From Sneathiellales bacterium (lineage in GTDB: Bacteria; Pseudomonadota; Alphaproteobacteria; Sneathiellales; Sneathiellaceae): a stretch of 56,551 bases of DNA. The stretch lies in the NCBI GenBank assembly GCA_022360775.1, contig JAKSCD010000118.1:1-56551 (forward strand), written 5' to 3'. A model generated the notes under the pieces. It did no database searches, was not told the origin of the DNA, and was given only the letters and a program-made list of their open reading frames with translations. Shown in pieces: positions 39,062 to 47,756 of this stretch; the first letter of the stretch is position 1; every line of letters starts with the position of its first letter. A program made the translations under genes and the position numbers.

Positions 39062-39922
39062 CTAGCCGGTTATACGCTGCTTATTCTCGGCAAAAACACC
39101 TTTTATCCAGGCGATAGCCGCCTGGATTTTTGGTGTATTGAAGAGATCTTCATGGCAGGCGAGCCAGATTTCTCGCCTTAGAAGCGGATAGGGGCCGGAA
39201 AGACGCTTAAGGTCGGGCTGGGTATCACCCATGAAGCAGGGGAGAATGCCGATATAGGGACCTGTTTTCAGGGCTTGCTGGACCATCGCCGCTGACTGGC
39301 ATCTAAGGCCGATTTTGGCGTCCGGGTGATTTTCCGCGATCCAGCTCATCTCGGGTAAGGATTGCAACGAATGATCATAGATGACCCAAAAGGCTGATTT
39401 TAGATCCGGCCTTGGCATCTTCTGGTGGCAGTATAACGCAAAGCCGATATCTTCCAGCTTTGAGATAACCATTTGACCGCAAGTGGGCCGGGCCATGCGA
39501 AGGGCGATATCGGCTTCCAAACGATCAAGATCCATATTTTGATTGCCGCCGAGCAATGTAAGCTCCAGATGAGGATGACGTGATCTGAATTCACTCACAG
39601 CAGGTATCAGCAGGTGAGAGAGCAGCGTCTCAACAGCGGTTATTTTAAGTGTTTCTTGTCTTTGGCCGCTATTGTTTAAAAAATGCTCAATATAAAGCGC
39701 CTGTCCCTCGACTTCCTCAACCCTTGGTAAAAGATCTTTCCCCGCCTGTGTAAGAGACCAGTGATTTCGCGTTCGGATGAAAAGCCTTTCGCCATTTTCC
39801 TCTTCAAATTGCTGGATCCTGCGTCCGACAGTGGTTTGATTGACATCCAGGGCTTTGGCTGCTGCGGATAAATTTCCGTGACGGTGCACATAAAGGAAAA
39901 ATTTTAGATCATCCCAGTTCAT
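39062..39922 (-). CDS. LysR family regulator
   Basis: MNWDDLKFF...NLSAAAKALDVNQTTVGRRI; EADIALR. Confidence 0.93.
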   Translation of the reverse strand: MNWDDLKFFLYVHRHGNLSAAAKALDVNQTTVGRRIQQFEEENGERLFIRTRNHWSLTQAGKDLLPRVEEVEGQALYIEHFLNNSGQRQETLKITAVETLLSHLLIPAVSEFRSRHPHLELTLLGGNQNMDLDRLEADIALRMARPTCGQMVISKLEDIGFALYCHQKMPRPDLKSAFWVIYDHSLQSLPEMSWIAENHPDAKIGLRCQSAAMVQQALKTGPYIGILPCFMGDTQPDLKRLSGPYPLLRREIWLACHEDLFNTPKIQAAIAWIKGVFAENKQRITG

Positions 39923-40019
39923 GTATGCATTTTTGCAGTTAAATAGTGCAAAAACAAATATTTTCTCGTGATTTTGCAGAAAGTAACTTGTGGAAATTCA
40001 TTTATCGAAGGAGATATCG

Positions 40020-40619
40020 ATGCCGAAAACCCTTATGGAATTGTCAGGTGCTGATTTGCATCCGCCAAAATTAGAAGAGGCCATTGTTGTCCTGATCGAC
40101 TGCCAGCAGGAATATATAGATGGTGCGCTACCGCTTCCCGGAGTTGAAGCAGCCTTGGCAGAACTGTCTGATTTGCTTGGAAAAGCAAGGAAGGCGGAAA
40201 CAGAGATTATTCACATAGCACATTGTGGTGCACCTGGGGGAGTATTTGATCGCAGTGAAGGCGGGAAAGGAGCTTTCGCCGTTGACGTCGCCCCCCGGGC
40301 AACAGAAAAAGTGATAGAGAAAAAACTCCCTAATGCGTTTGCTGCAACCGATTTACACTCTGTTCTTCAATCGATCGGTAAAACGAACCTTATTTTGGGT
40401 GGTTTTATGACACATATGTGCGTCAGTTCCACAGCACGAGCCGCACTGGATCTGGGATATCGGTCAACCATAATTGACAAAGCCTGCGCGACCCGGGATC
40501 TGCCGGATTCCAATGGAAATACCTTGCCTGCTCAGCAGATACACCAGATCAGTCTGGCAGCCCTTTCAGATCGATTTGCACTTATCGTTCCGGATGTGGC
40601 TTCTCTTTCCGGGAGGTGA
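40020..40619 (+). CDS. Isochorismatase-family cysteine hydrolase
   Basis: LIDCQ, KKLPNAF, GFMTHMCV; start after AAGGAG; divergent from lysR. Confidence 0.92.
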   Translation: MPKTLMELSGADLHPPKLEEAIVVLIDCQQEYIDGALPLPGVEAALAELSDLLGKARKAETEIIHIAHCGAPGGVFDRSEGGKGAFAVDVAPRATEKVIEKKLPNAFAATDLHSVLQSIGKTNLILGGFMTHMCVSSTARAALDLGYRSTIIDKACATRDLPDSNGNTLPAQQIHQISLAALSDRFALIVPDVASLSGR

Positions 40620-40625
40620 ATTTTC

Positions 40626-40679
40626 GAACCCTTGAAAGCGTGATTCGTATTTTTGGGATCAACGGGCTTTCAAGGGTTC
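40626..40679. repeat. Long inverted repeat / hairpin
   Basis: GAACCCTTGAAAGC ... GCTTTCAAGGGTTC, perfect 14-bp arms with a 26-nt spacer. Confidence 0.75.
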
Positions 40680-40888
40680 CGATTTCAGATGTTTAAAAAT
40701 ACCGTTCTACTTTAGAGAGAAACAAGATCTGGTGGATCTTATCAATCATTCTACAACGGGCTGATTTAATATATTTAAAAGTGTATTTATAATTAATAAA
40801 ACAATTAAATATTCTGTTTTTTCTCTCCTTTGAGATGTATAAAGATTTGCAAAAGCACGCCTAAATTGAAGATTGAAGGGAGGGAACG

Positions 40889-41059
40889 ATGTTTGGGAAA
40901 ATTGCCGATAATCTGTCTGTAAAATCACGGTATTCCAGAATGATGAATTCAGTGTCGGTGTTATTTCTGGTTATAATCCTGTCGAGCCTTTCCCTTCTTC
41001 TGAATTCCACGCCACGCGCCTTTAATGAAGGAATTGCGCTGAGCGAAATACAGAAATAG
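40889..41059 (+). CDS. Small single-TM hypothetical protein (56 aa), not in ORF track
   Basis: GGGAGG RBS; MFGKIADNLSVKSRYSRMMNSVSVLFLVIILSSLSLLLNSTPRAFNEGIALSEIQK. Confidence 0.5.
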   Translation: MFGKIADNLSVKSRYSRMMNSVSVLFLVIILSSLSLLLNSTPRAFNEGIALSEIQK

Positions 41060-41211
41060 TGCTCTCATTGGAAAATTGCATAAAAAAATAATTTATATAT
41101 AAGCTAATTTAGAAGCATCCTCCTTAATCCGGCCTCAATCATGATTCATTAAGGTTTTCTCCCTTAAAATTGAGAGTTCAATTGGGAATAAGGTCTGAAA
41201 TTAGCTAGAGT

Positions 41212-41796
41212 ATGTCCAACACAGTAAGCCAGTTAGAGATTTATCGTGCAAAGGCCGTTGGCAGTAATGTCAACGCTGTGACTTTGCTGGCGACTGATTA
41301 TCTCAACCATTTCAACGAAGCCCTTATGCTGGCTGAACTGGTTGTTGATATGCCCGATATGCTTGACGATTTCGCAACCTGGATGCCCAAGCATTACAAG
41401 GATCACTTCAGAGAAAGCGGGATCGCCGACAAGGATCTGGCGATTGAAGCTTTTGATCATTCCCCTTCAGAGTACAAAGAACCTTTTGACAGTTCCGTGC
41501 AGATGTTAAACAAGCAGCTGGCCTTGCTACAGCAGGTTCTGCAAAAGGAACGCGAAAATCTGGGCGATCCTGACAAACAGCAGTTTGTACGCAAAAAATG
41601 TCAGCTTATCAGATCCCTGATTGATAAAATCAGTGGGATAATCAATGGACAGGTGAGCGCCCAAACAGCAACTACGGCGGAAAAAACCGATATGTCTGAA
41701 GAAAATTCAAATGTACCTTCTGCACAAACTGAGGTTATTGAGGTTTCTGAAGGCGAGATGCTGGATCAGGCAGATATTGACGCCTTGTTTGACTAG
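41212..41796 (+). CDS. Hypothetical helical protein with CheZ/FliM-like terminal peptide
   Basis: LLATDYLNHFNE core, low-complexity linker, C-terminus MLDQADIDALFD. Confidence 0.8.
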   Translation: MSNTVSQLEIYRAKAVGSNVNAVTLLATDYLNHFNEALMLAELVVDMPDMLDDFATWMPKHYKDHFRESGIADKDLAIEAFDHSPSEYKEPFDSSVQMLNKQLALLQQVLQKERENLGDPDKQQFVRKKCQLIRSLIDKISGIINGQVSAQTATTAEKTDMSEENSNVPSAQTEVIEVSEGEMLDQADIDALFD

Positions 41797-41808
41797 GGGG
41801 TGGTACTG

Positions 41809-42513
41809 ATGACCGTCTCTATTCAAAGGCAAAGCATAAATACCGGTTTGGCTTTGGCGGCTATATTGATAGTCGCTCTCACCTCATCGCAGGGGGATGC
41901 AAAAACCAACAAGGCCTGCCTGGCAACTTTTCAGGAACCGAAGATTACTATAACCGTCAAGGAAGAAAAAACACGGCTTATTCGGTCCAAAAGCCATAAA
42001 CAGATCACACGGATTGCCAAAAGCCAATCCAGTTTTGAGCCCTCAACTGAGGGAAGGGTCCTTGGTTTGACCGATGCTACCCAGGAGCTTCAGCTTGGGA
42101 TCGAGGTTGAAAGCCAACCTTTGAATAACGGCGAACATTGTGTCCGTTTGGACCGGGTAAAAGCCATTATCTCGATGCGAAAATCGGATGTTTACATCGC
42201 CCGGGAATATAAAGCAGGCAGTTGTGCGTTCAAGGCGATACTGGCGCATGAGCAGGAGCATGTTGCCATAAACAAACACTTTCGCGAAAAGCTTGTTAAG
42301 GAACTTGATAAGGGGCTTAAGAAATATGCCAGGCGGGTTGATCCCTTTATTGTGCCTGCCTCTTATGATGCCGCTGAAGATATCTATGAGCGGCTCTCCA
42401 AGGTAATTACACCCATTCGTGAAGATATTAATCGTGAACGCCGGAATGCCCACAGGAAAATCGATACGCCGAGAAGCTATAGAAAAGTACGCTCTCGCTG
42501 TGCAAAATGGTGA
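41809..42513 (+). CDS. Exported putative Zn-dependent peptidase (DUF922-like)
   Basis: Signal peptide; LGLT; C...ILAHEQEH (HExxH); D.P.SY. Confidence 0.7.
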   Translation: MTVSIQRQSINTGLALAAILIVALTSSQGDAKTNKACLATFQEPKITITVKEEKTRLIRSKSHKQITRIAKSQSSFEPSTEGRVLGLTDATQELQLGIEVESQPLNNGEHCVRLDRVKAIISMRKSDVYIAREYKAGSCAFKAILAHEQEHVAINKHFREKLVKELDKGLKKYARRVDPFIVPASYDAAEDIYERLSKVITPIREDINRERRNAHRKIDTPRSYRKVRSRCAKW

Positions 42514-42612
42514 TTGTCAAATCCACTTACCTATTTGTTAATGAATTTCTGTTGTGATCTGCTGACCTGTCTGTCCTGAAGAATGTTCGCAGACAAGGTC
42601 TGGAGATTTGGG

Positions 42613-43011
42613 ATGATTATTGGCAAAGACATTCAGAATATGCTGCAGCAGCTGGAAGAGGAACAGTCCGAAAAGGATGATGCCAGCGCTTCACTTTATA
42701 AAGAAAATCGATGCTATCGGCGGAGCCGCGTCGTCTGGGAAGCAAAATTGAAGATGTTCTTCAATGACGTCACCCTTAAAGGAGAAGTCCGTGAAGTTCA
42801 TGGTGTGGTAAGGGACATTTCTGCAAATGGCGCAAAGGTTGACTTGCAGGAAGCCATTCAGGAAAGGGCGGGACTGGAACTCCATATCCCCAAGCTCGGT
42901 GTTTTCCCTTGTAATGTGGTCTGGCAGGACGGCACACGCGTTGGTATTCAGTTTACAGATTCTCCAGATTCAGTCTTCTCTCACCTGGCAAGGGTTTTGC
43001 CAAAGGTTTAG
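42613..43011 (+). CDS. PilZ domain c-di-GMP receptor
   Basis: RCYRR (RxxxR), DISANG (DxSxxG), VVW....VGIQF; alternative start 42583. Confidence 0.88.
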   Translation: MIIGKDIQNMLQQLEEEQSEKDDASASLYKENRCYRRSRVVWEAKLKMFFNDVTLKGEVREVHGVVRDISANGAKVDLQEAIQERAGLELHIPKLGVFPCNVVWQDGTRVGIQFTDSPDSVFSHLARVLPKV

Positions 43012-43019
43012 CTTTTTCC

Positions 43020-43958
43020 ATGTATGATCGCCGGTTTCAGTTTGCGTCTGCGTTGCTTTATGACCCGCAATCATCAATGCGATACAACACGCGTATCGCA
43101 TTGCTGAATATTGGTTTCGGCGAAGTTGAAGCCGTGACCAGTCTTGAAGAACTGGAAGAACGTCTTGAAGCCGGAAATTATGACCTGATCGTTGGAGATA
43201 GCCGGTCAAATGGCGGGGATACAACCGGCCTTGTCAAAAAAATCCGCCAGCACAGTGTCGGGAAGAACCCTTTTGTCAACGTGATTGTGACGCTTTGGGA
43301 TACTTCTATTGAGCAGGTGCAGGCAATTATCGATTCAGGGACAGATGATTTATTGATGCGTCCCATGTCGAGCACAAATCTCAATGATCGGGTGCAATCT
43401 CTCGTCCATGCACGAAAACCCTTTATTGTAACAGGTGACTATATCGGGCCGGAAAGACGACAAATTGTGAGGGGGCTATCCCCTGTCTCTCACATGGTTG
43501 TTCCCAATTCGTTGCAGGCAAAGGTTGAAAATCGTCCGGAACTGGACGCGACTCCTGAAAATGTGAGAGCAGCCTTACAAGCGGTGAATGATCGGAAAAT
43601 TACGATTTATACAGAGCATTTTCTGAGATCATCGTCAAAAATCATGTCGCTGACAAATGACGAGGCCGATCTGAAAGAGCGCGAAAACATCGTAAGGTCC
43701 CTGCAGGTCATGAACAACGATCTTGTCCGGAGGATTGAAGGGACCGAATTTTCTCATATCCTTTCCTTATGCGATGCGCTGGATGATCTGCTAATGAAAA
43801 TAGGGGGGTCGAGAGCCATGCTGTCCGAACAGGAAAAAGAATTGCTACTGCAAATACCGTTTGCCATTCATAAAGGGTGTAAAGAGCTTCGAGAGTCCGC
43901 TGATCTCGCTTTTGATATTCAGTCTGTATCCAGACAACTGAAAACGGCGCATGGCTAG
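43020..43958 (+). CDS. Atypical receiver-domain protein with Cle-like YxGPERR motif and helical C-terminal domain
   Basis: LLYD...YDLIVGD...IVTL...SGTDDLLMRPMS receiver; RKPFIVTGDYIGPERR. Confidence 0.82.
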   Translation: MYDRRFQFASALLYDPQSSMRYNTRIALLNIGFGEVEAVTSLEELEERLEAGNYDLIVGDSRSNGGDTTGLVKKIRQHSVGKNPFVNVIVTLWDTSIEQVQAIIDSGTDDLLMRPMSSTNLNDRVQSLVHARKPFIVTGDYIGPERRQIVRGLSPVSHMVVPNSLQAKVENRPELDATPENVRAALQAVNDRKITIYTEHFLRSSSKIMSLTNDEADLKERENIVRSLQVMNNDLVRRIEGTEFSHILSLCDALDDLLMKIGGSRAMLSEQEKELLLQIPFAIHKGCKELRESADLAFDIQSVSRQLKTAHG

Positions 43959-44074
43959 AAAATATGTGCCCTGTTTCGCTGGCTTGACCTACTTGTCCAA
44001 GAAAAAAGAACCTATATAAGTTAAAGACATAATTCTCTGTTGATCTCTGGTGGGAAAGGATCAGACTAATAGAC

Positions 44075-45118
44075 ATGAAAACTGTCTCGCTTAAGTCCAT
44101 CATACGCTTTATGGGGAAGCCCTTATCGCTTCTGCTGATTGCCTCCGCCCTTCTTCTTTCGTCCTTAGTTTCACAGGCACAGAATATTACTTTTTTCCGA
44201 ATAGGCACCGGATCCACCTCAGGTACCTATTTTCCGGTTGGAACACTTATCGGGGCTGCGATCACAAGCCCGCCTGGAAGCCGCCCTTGCGAAGATGGAG
44301 GCTCTTGCGGTGTGCCGGATTTGATAGCTGCGGCTCAAACAACGAGAGGCTCCGTCTCCAATATCGAGGGTGTGATGGATGGGTCTTTGGAAAGTGGCCT
44401 TGCTCAATCGGATATTGTCTATGCTGCCGCAAAAGGGGAAGGCGCCTTTAAAGGAAAAGAAAAAGCGAAAACCCATTTGAAGGTTATTGCGAACCTGTAT
44501 CCTGAGGACGTGCATCTCGTTGTGCGAAAAGGGGCTGATATTAAAAATCCGCAAGACCTGAAAGGCAAGCGGATTTCTATTGATCTTCCCGGGTCGGGAA
44601 CGCGGGAAAATGCGAAAGTCATTTTAGAGGCTTTCGGGATTACCGGGGAAGACTACACTGCAATAGAAGCGAATGCCGACAAAGCGGTCGGTCTGCTTTC
44701 TGAAGCGAAACTCGATGCTTTTTTCTTTGTCGCCGGATATCCGGCGGCGGCAGTTGAAGAACTCTCTGACAGTGATCTGGTCACGCTGCTTCCGATCTCT
44801 GGAGAAGCGGCAGAGAAAGTTCTGAAAGAACATATGTTTTTCTCTAAAAGCTCCATTCCTGCAGGAACCTATCGCGGTATTGAGGAAACCAGGACGATTG
44901 CGGTTTCCACTCAATGGATCGTCAATGCGGATATGCATGAAGAGCTGGTTTACAAACTCACCCAGGCACTCTGGCATCCGCAAAACAGGCCTTTACTGGA
45001 TAGTGGTCATGCAAAAGGTAAACTGATACAGCTGGAGACCGCCCTTGAAGGTGTTGGAGATCTTTTGCATCCCGGTGCAAGAAAATTCTATGCTGAACAG
45101 GAAAACAAAACGGATTAG
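44075..45118 (+). CDS. TAXI family TRAP solute-binding subunit
   Basis: IGTGSTSGTYFPVG, GSVSNI, AQSD, LYPE, GSGT, LHPGA. Confidence 0.93.
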   Translation: MKTVSLKSIIRFMGKPLSLLLIASALLLSSLVSQAQNITFFRIGTGSTSGTYFPVGTLIGAAITSPPGSRPCEDGGSCGVPDLIAAAQTTRGSVSNIEGVMDGSLESGLAQSDIVYAAAKGEGAFKGKEKAKTHLKVIANLYPEDVHLVVRKGADIKNPQDLKGKRISIDLPGSGTRENAKVILEAFGITGEDYTAIEANADKAVGLLSEAKLDAFFFVAGYPAAAVEELSDSDLVTLLPISGEAAEKVLKEHMFFSKSSIPAGTYRGIEETRTIAVSTQWIVNADMHEELVYKLTQALWHPQNRPLLDSGHAKGKLIQLETALEGVGDLLHPGARKFYAEQENKTD

Positions 45119-45183
45119 TCTGGCTTTTGCAAATCACGCCGGAAAATATACCCCCGAAAAAAGAAGGATACGAGGAGAGCAAG

Positions 45184-46572
45184 GTGCCCCCATATATTTC
45201 GCTGCAACAAGAAGAAGAACAAGCCCTCGATATTCAGGTGGTGTGGCTGGGTGATTATGAAAGCTGGCTTGAAAAGCAGTCTGAGCGGATCAGGAACTGG
45301 CTGGGCCATAATGATTTTTCGGCTAAAGACGGAGCGCTAAAAATCCTGCCAGGAGAAGACGGGAAGATTGAACAGGTTCTTCTAGTAAAAGATCCGCAAA
45401 AATGGAACCTCTGGGCACTTGCAGATCTTCCAAAGTCGCTTCCCGAAGGAACCTATAAACTGGTTATTGAGGATCTTTCTTCCAAGCAAGCCACGGATGC
45501 GGCGATCGGATGGTCTTTGGGAACCTATCAGTTTGACCGATATAAAGCGTCCGATGCCAAATTCGCCACTTTGGTCCTGCCTGAAAAAGCAGATGCTGCC
45601 CTTGTGGAACGGACAGTTTTTGCAACCAATCTGGCGCGGGATCTGGTCAATATTCCGACAGCGGATATGGGACCAAAAGCCCTGGAGGCGTCGGCCTCAC
45701 AAATTGCTGGCGAGTTTGAGGCGAGGCAGACCAATATCGTTGGTGAAGACCTGCTTACCTATCACTTTCCAATGGTCCATGCCGTGGGGCGCGCCGCTGA
45801 AGAAGCCCCGCGTCTGATCGACATGGTCTGGGGAGATAATGATCATCCAAAAGTGACAATCGTTGGTAAGGGAGTGTGTTTTGATACAGGCGGGCTGGAT
45901 CTCAAACCCTCTTCGGCCATGCTTCTGATGAAAAAGGATATGGGCGGTGCGGCCATGGCGCTGGCCTTGGCTCATATGATTATGGATGCACAGCTTCCAG
46001 TGCGGCTGCGTGTTCTGATACCGGCAGTGGAAAATGCTGTCTCTGGAAATGCGTATCGGCCAGGGGATGTCCTGACCAGCCGCTCTGGAAAAACGGTAGA
46101 GATCGGCAACACTGACGCGGAGGGACGTCTGGTTCTTGCGGACGCCATGACGGCTGCCGATGAGGAAGAGCCGGATCTGTTAATCGATTTCGCCACATTG
46201 ACCGGCGCGGCGCGTGTTGCGGTTGGTGCTGAAATCGCCGCAACTTTTACAGATGATGATGAGTTGTTTGCGGCTCTTGCAAAGCATTCAGAGACAGAAA
46301 GTGATCCTATCTGGCGCTTGCCGCTCTGGCCTGAATATCGTTCCCTTATCGATAGTAAAATTGCAGATATCAATAATTCCGGAACGACCGGTTTTGCTGG
46401 TGCTACAACAGCAGGCCTGTTCCTCAAGGAATTTGTCGAAAAATCCAAAAGCTGGGTTCATTTTGACATAATGGCGTACAACAACCGTGCACGATCAGGC
46501 CGCCCTGTCGGTGGAGAGGCATTTGCCATAAGGGCTGTCTATGCCTATCTCGCAGAAAGATTTTCAGCTTAG
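45184..46572 (+). CDS. M17 leucyl aminopeptidase family (PepB-like)
   Basis: VGKGVCFDTGGLDLK, MKKDMGGAA, NTDAEGRL, ATLTGA; GTG start after GAGGAG. Confidence 0.95.
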   Translation: MPPYISLQQEEEQALDIQVVWLGDYESWLEKQSERIRNWLGHNDFSAKDGALKILPGEDGKIEQVLLVKDPQKWNLWALADLPKSLPEGTYKLVIEDLSSKQATDAAIGWSLGTYQFDRYKASDAKFATLVLPEKADAALVERTVFATNLARDLVNIPTADMGPKALEASASQIAGEFEARQTNIVGEDLLTYHFPMVHAVGRAAEEAPRLIDMVWGDNDHPKVTIVGKGVCFDTGGLDLKPSSAMLLMKKDMGGAAMALALAHMIMDAQLPVRLRVLIPAVENAVSGNAYRPGDVLTSRSGKTVEIGNTDAEGRLVLADAMTAADEEEPDLLIDFATLTGAARVAVGAEIAATFTDDDELFAALAKHSETESDPIWRLPLWPEYRSLIDSKIADINNSGTTGFAGATTAGLFLKEFVEKSKSWVHFDIMAYNNRARSGRPVGGEAFAIRAVYAYLAERFSA

Positions 46573-47186
46573 GTATTCTCTGCCATTGCAAGTCTGGCGC
46601 CGAGGGCCGCAAAGGCCCCGGCAACACCCCGCCTGAACCAGGTCATTGCCGTCGGGCGGTTAAGAATATGATGTCTCAAGCGGGCGGCAAACAGACCATA
46701 AAAGGCGAAAATCACGAATGTCATCGCCATAAAGATCCCGCCAAGGACTAACATCATAAAGGTTGGGGCGCTTTCCTCTGCATGAATAAATTGCGGCAGG
46801 AAAGCCAGAAAGAAGATTGATAACTTCGGGTTCAGCGTGTTTACAAGCGCTGCGGTTACCGCAATTGAGACTGCGCTTTTTTCCTTTGGTGTTTCCTTTC
46901 CAAGACTAAGCGCCCCTTTTTCCCGAAGGGTTTGCCAGGCAAGGTATAGAAGATAGGCGACACCCGCATATTTAACGATTTGAAAAAGAAGGGCGCTGGT
47001 ATGCAAAAGGGCTGCCAGGCCGACAATGCTGGCTAAAAGATGAGGCATAATACCGATCGTGCAGCCAAAAGCAGCAGCCATGGCGGCAAGGCGGCCATGG
47101 GTCAGTCCTGAAGCAATAGTGATTAAAACCCCTGTTCCCGGTGCAAGCACGACAAGAAATGATGTCAGAAGAAATTCAACACTCAT
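46569..47186 (-). CDS. LysE/RhtB family translocator
   Basis: PGTG, KYAGVAYLLYLA, LNPK.SIFFLAFLPQF. Confidence 0.93.
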   Translation of the reverse strand: MSVEFLLTSFLVVLAPGTGVLITIASGLTHGRLAAMAAAFGCTIGIMPHLLASIVGLAALLHTSALLFQIVKYAGVAYLLYLAWQTLREKGALSLGKETPKEKSAVSIAVTAALVNTLNPKLSIFFLAFLPQFIHAEESAPTFMMLVLGGIFMAMTFVIFAFYGLFAARLRHHILNRPTAMTWFRRGVAGAFAALGARLAMAENT

Positions 47187-47308
47187 ATCAATCCTCTTTT
47201 TTTGGGAGAGTATCAGAGTCTTTTGGAAAGACCAGTCTTTAAATCTGCAATACTGTTTCGCTTGCGAAATAAATAATGCTGTGCCATGATTCAGGAATGC
47301 AGGGAAAA

Positions 47309-47647
47309 ATGAATACGCAAGCGGTCTTGAAACTATGGGAGCAGTCCCTGACAGAACTGGTTCGCAGAGACGGACCGGACCTCTCTGCCCGTCAAATGGC
47401 GATTATGCTGATTGTGTATCTTGATCCGCCGCCCCACACAGTAAGGGGGTTGGCTGCCCGGCTTCAGATTTCGAAACCCGCAGTGACAAGAGCCCTGGAT
47501 ACGCTTGGCAAAATGGATTTGCTTCGGCGTCGGCCCGATGAACGGGACAAAAGATCCATTACTGTCGCCCGTACCGTTAAAGGTTCCGTTTACTTGAGCG
47601 AGTTTTCGGAAGTTATTGAAAAATCAGCCTGGAATAATCTCGCTTGA
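47309..47647 (+). CDS. Small MarR-type wHTH regulator
   Basis: DLSARQMAI..VY...PHTVRGLA..L.ISKPAVTRALD. Confidence 0.85.
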   Translation: MNTQAVLKLWEQSLTELVRRDGPDLSARQMAIMLIVYLDPPPHTVRGLAARLQISKPAVTRALDTLGKMDLLRRRPDERDKRSITVARTVKGSVYLSEFSEVIEKSAWNNLA

Positions 47648-47756
47648 CATTCTTCCGAAGGCTGAGCATGGTTTGATCACGGGGACAGGCGATCTCCCCA
47701 TCAGGCGTTGTGCCCAAGTATCGCGTTCCGTTGCTTATGCAGAAAGGAACGCTGGC

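Noticed and set aside
40765-41170. CtrA boxes upstream of the motility-like cluster
   Set aside because: TTAA pairs are spaced by 5, 8 or 11 nt, not 7, in AT-rich DNA.
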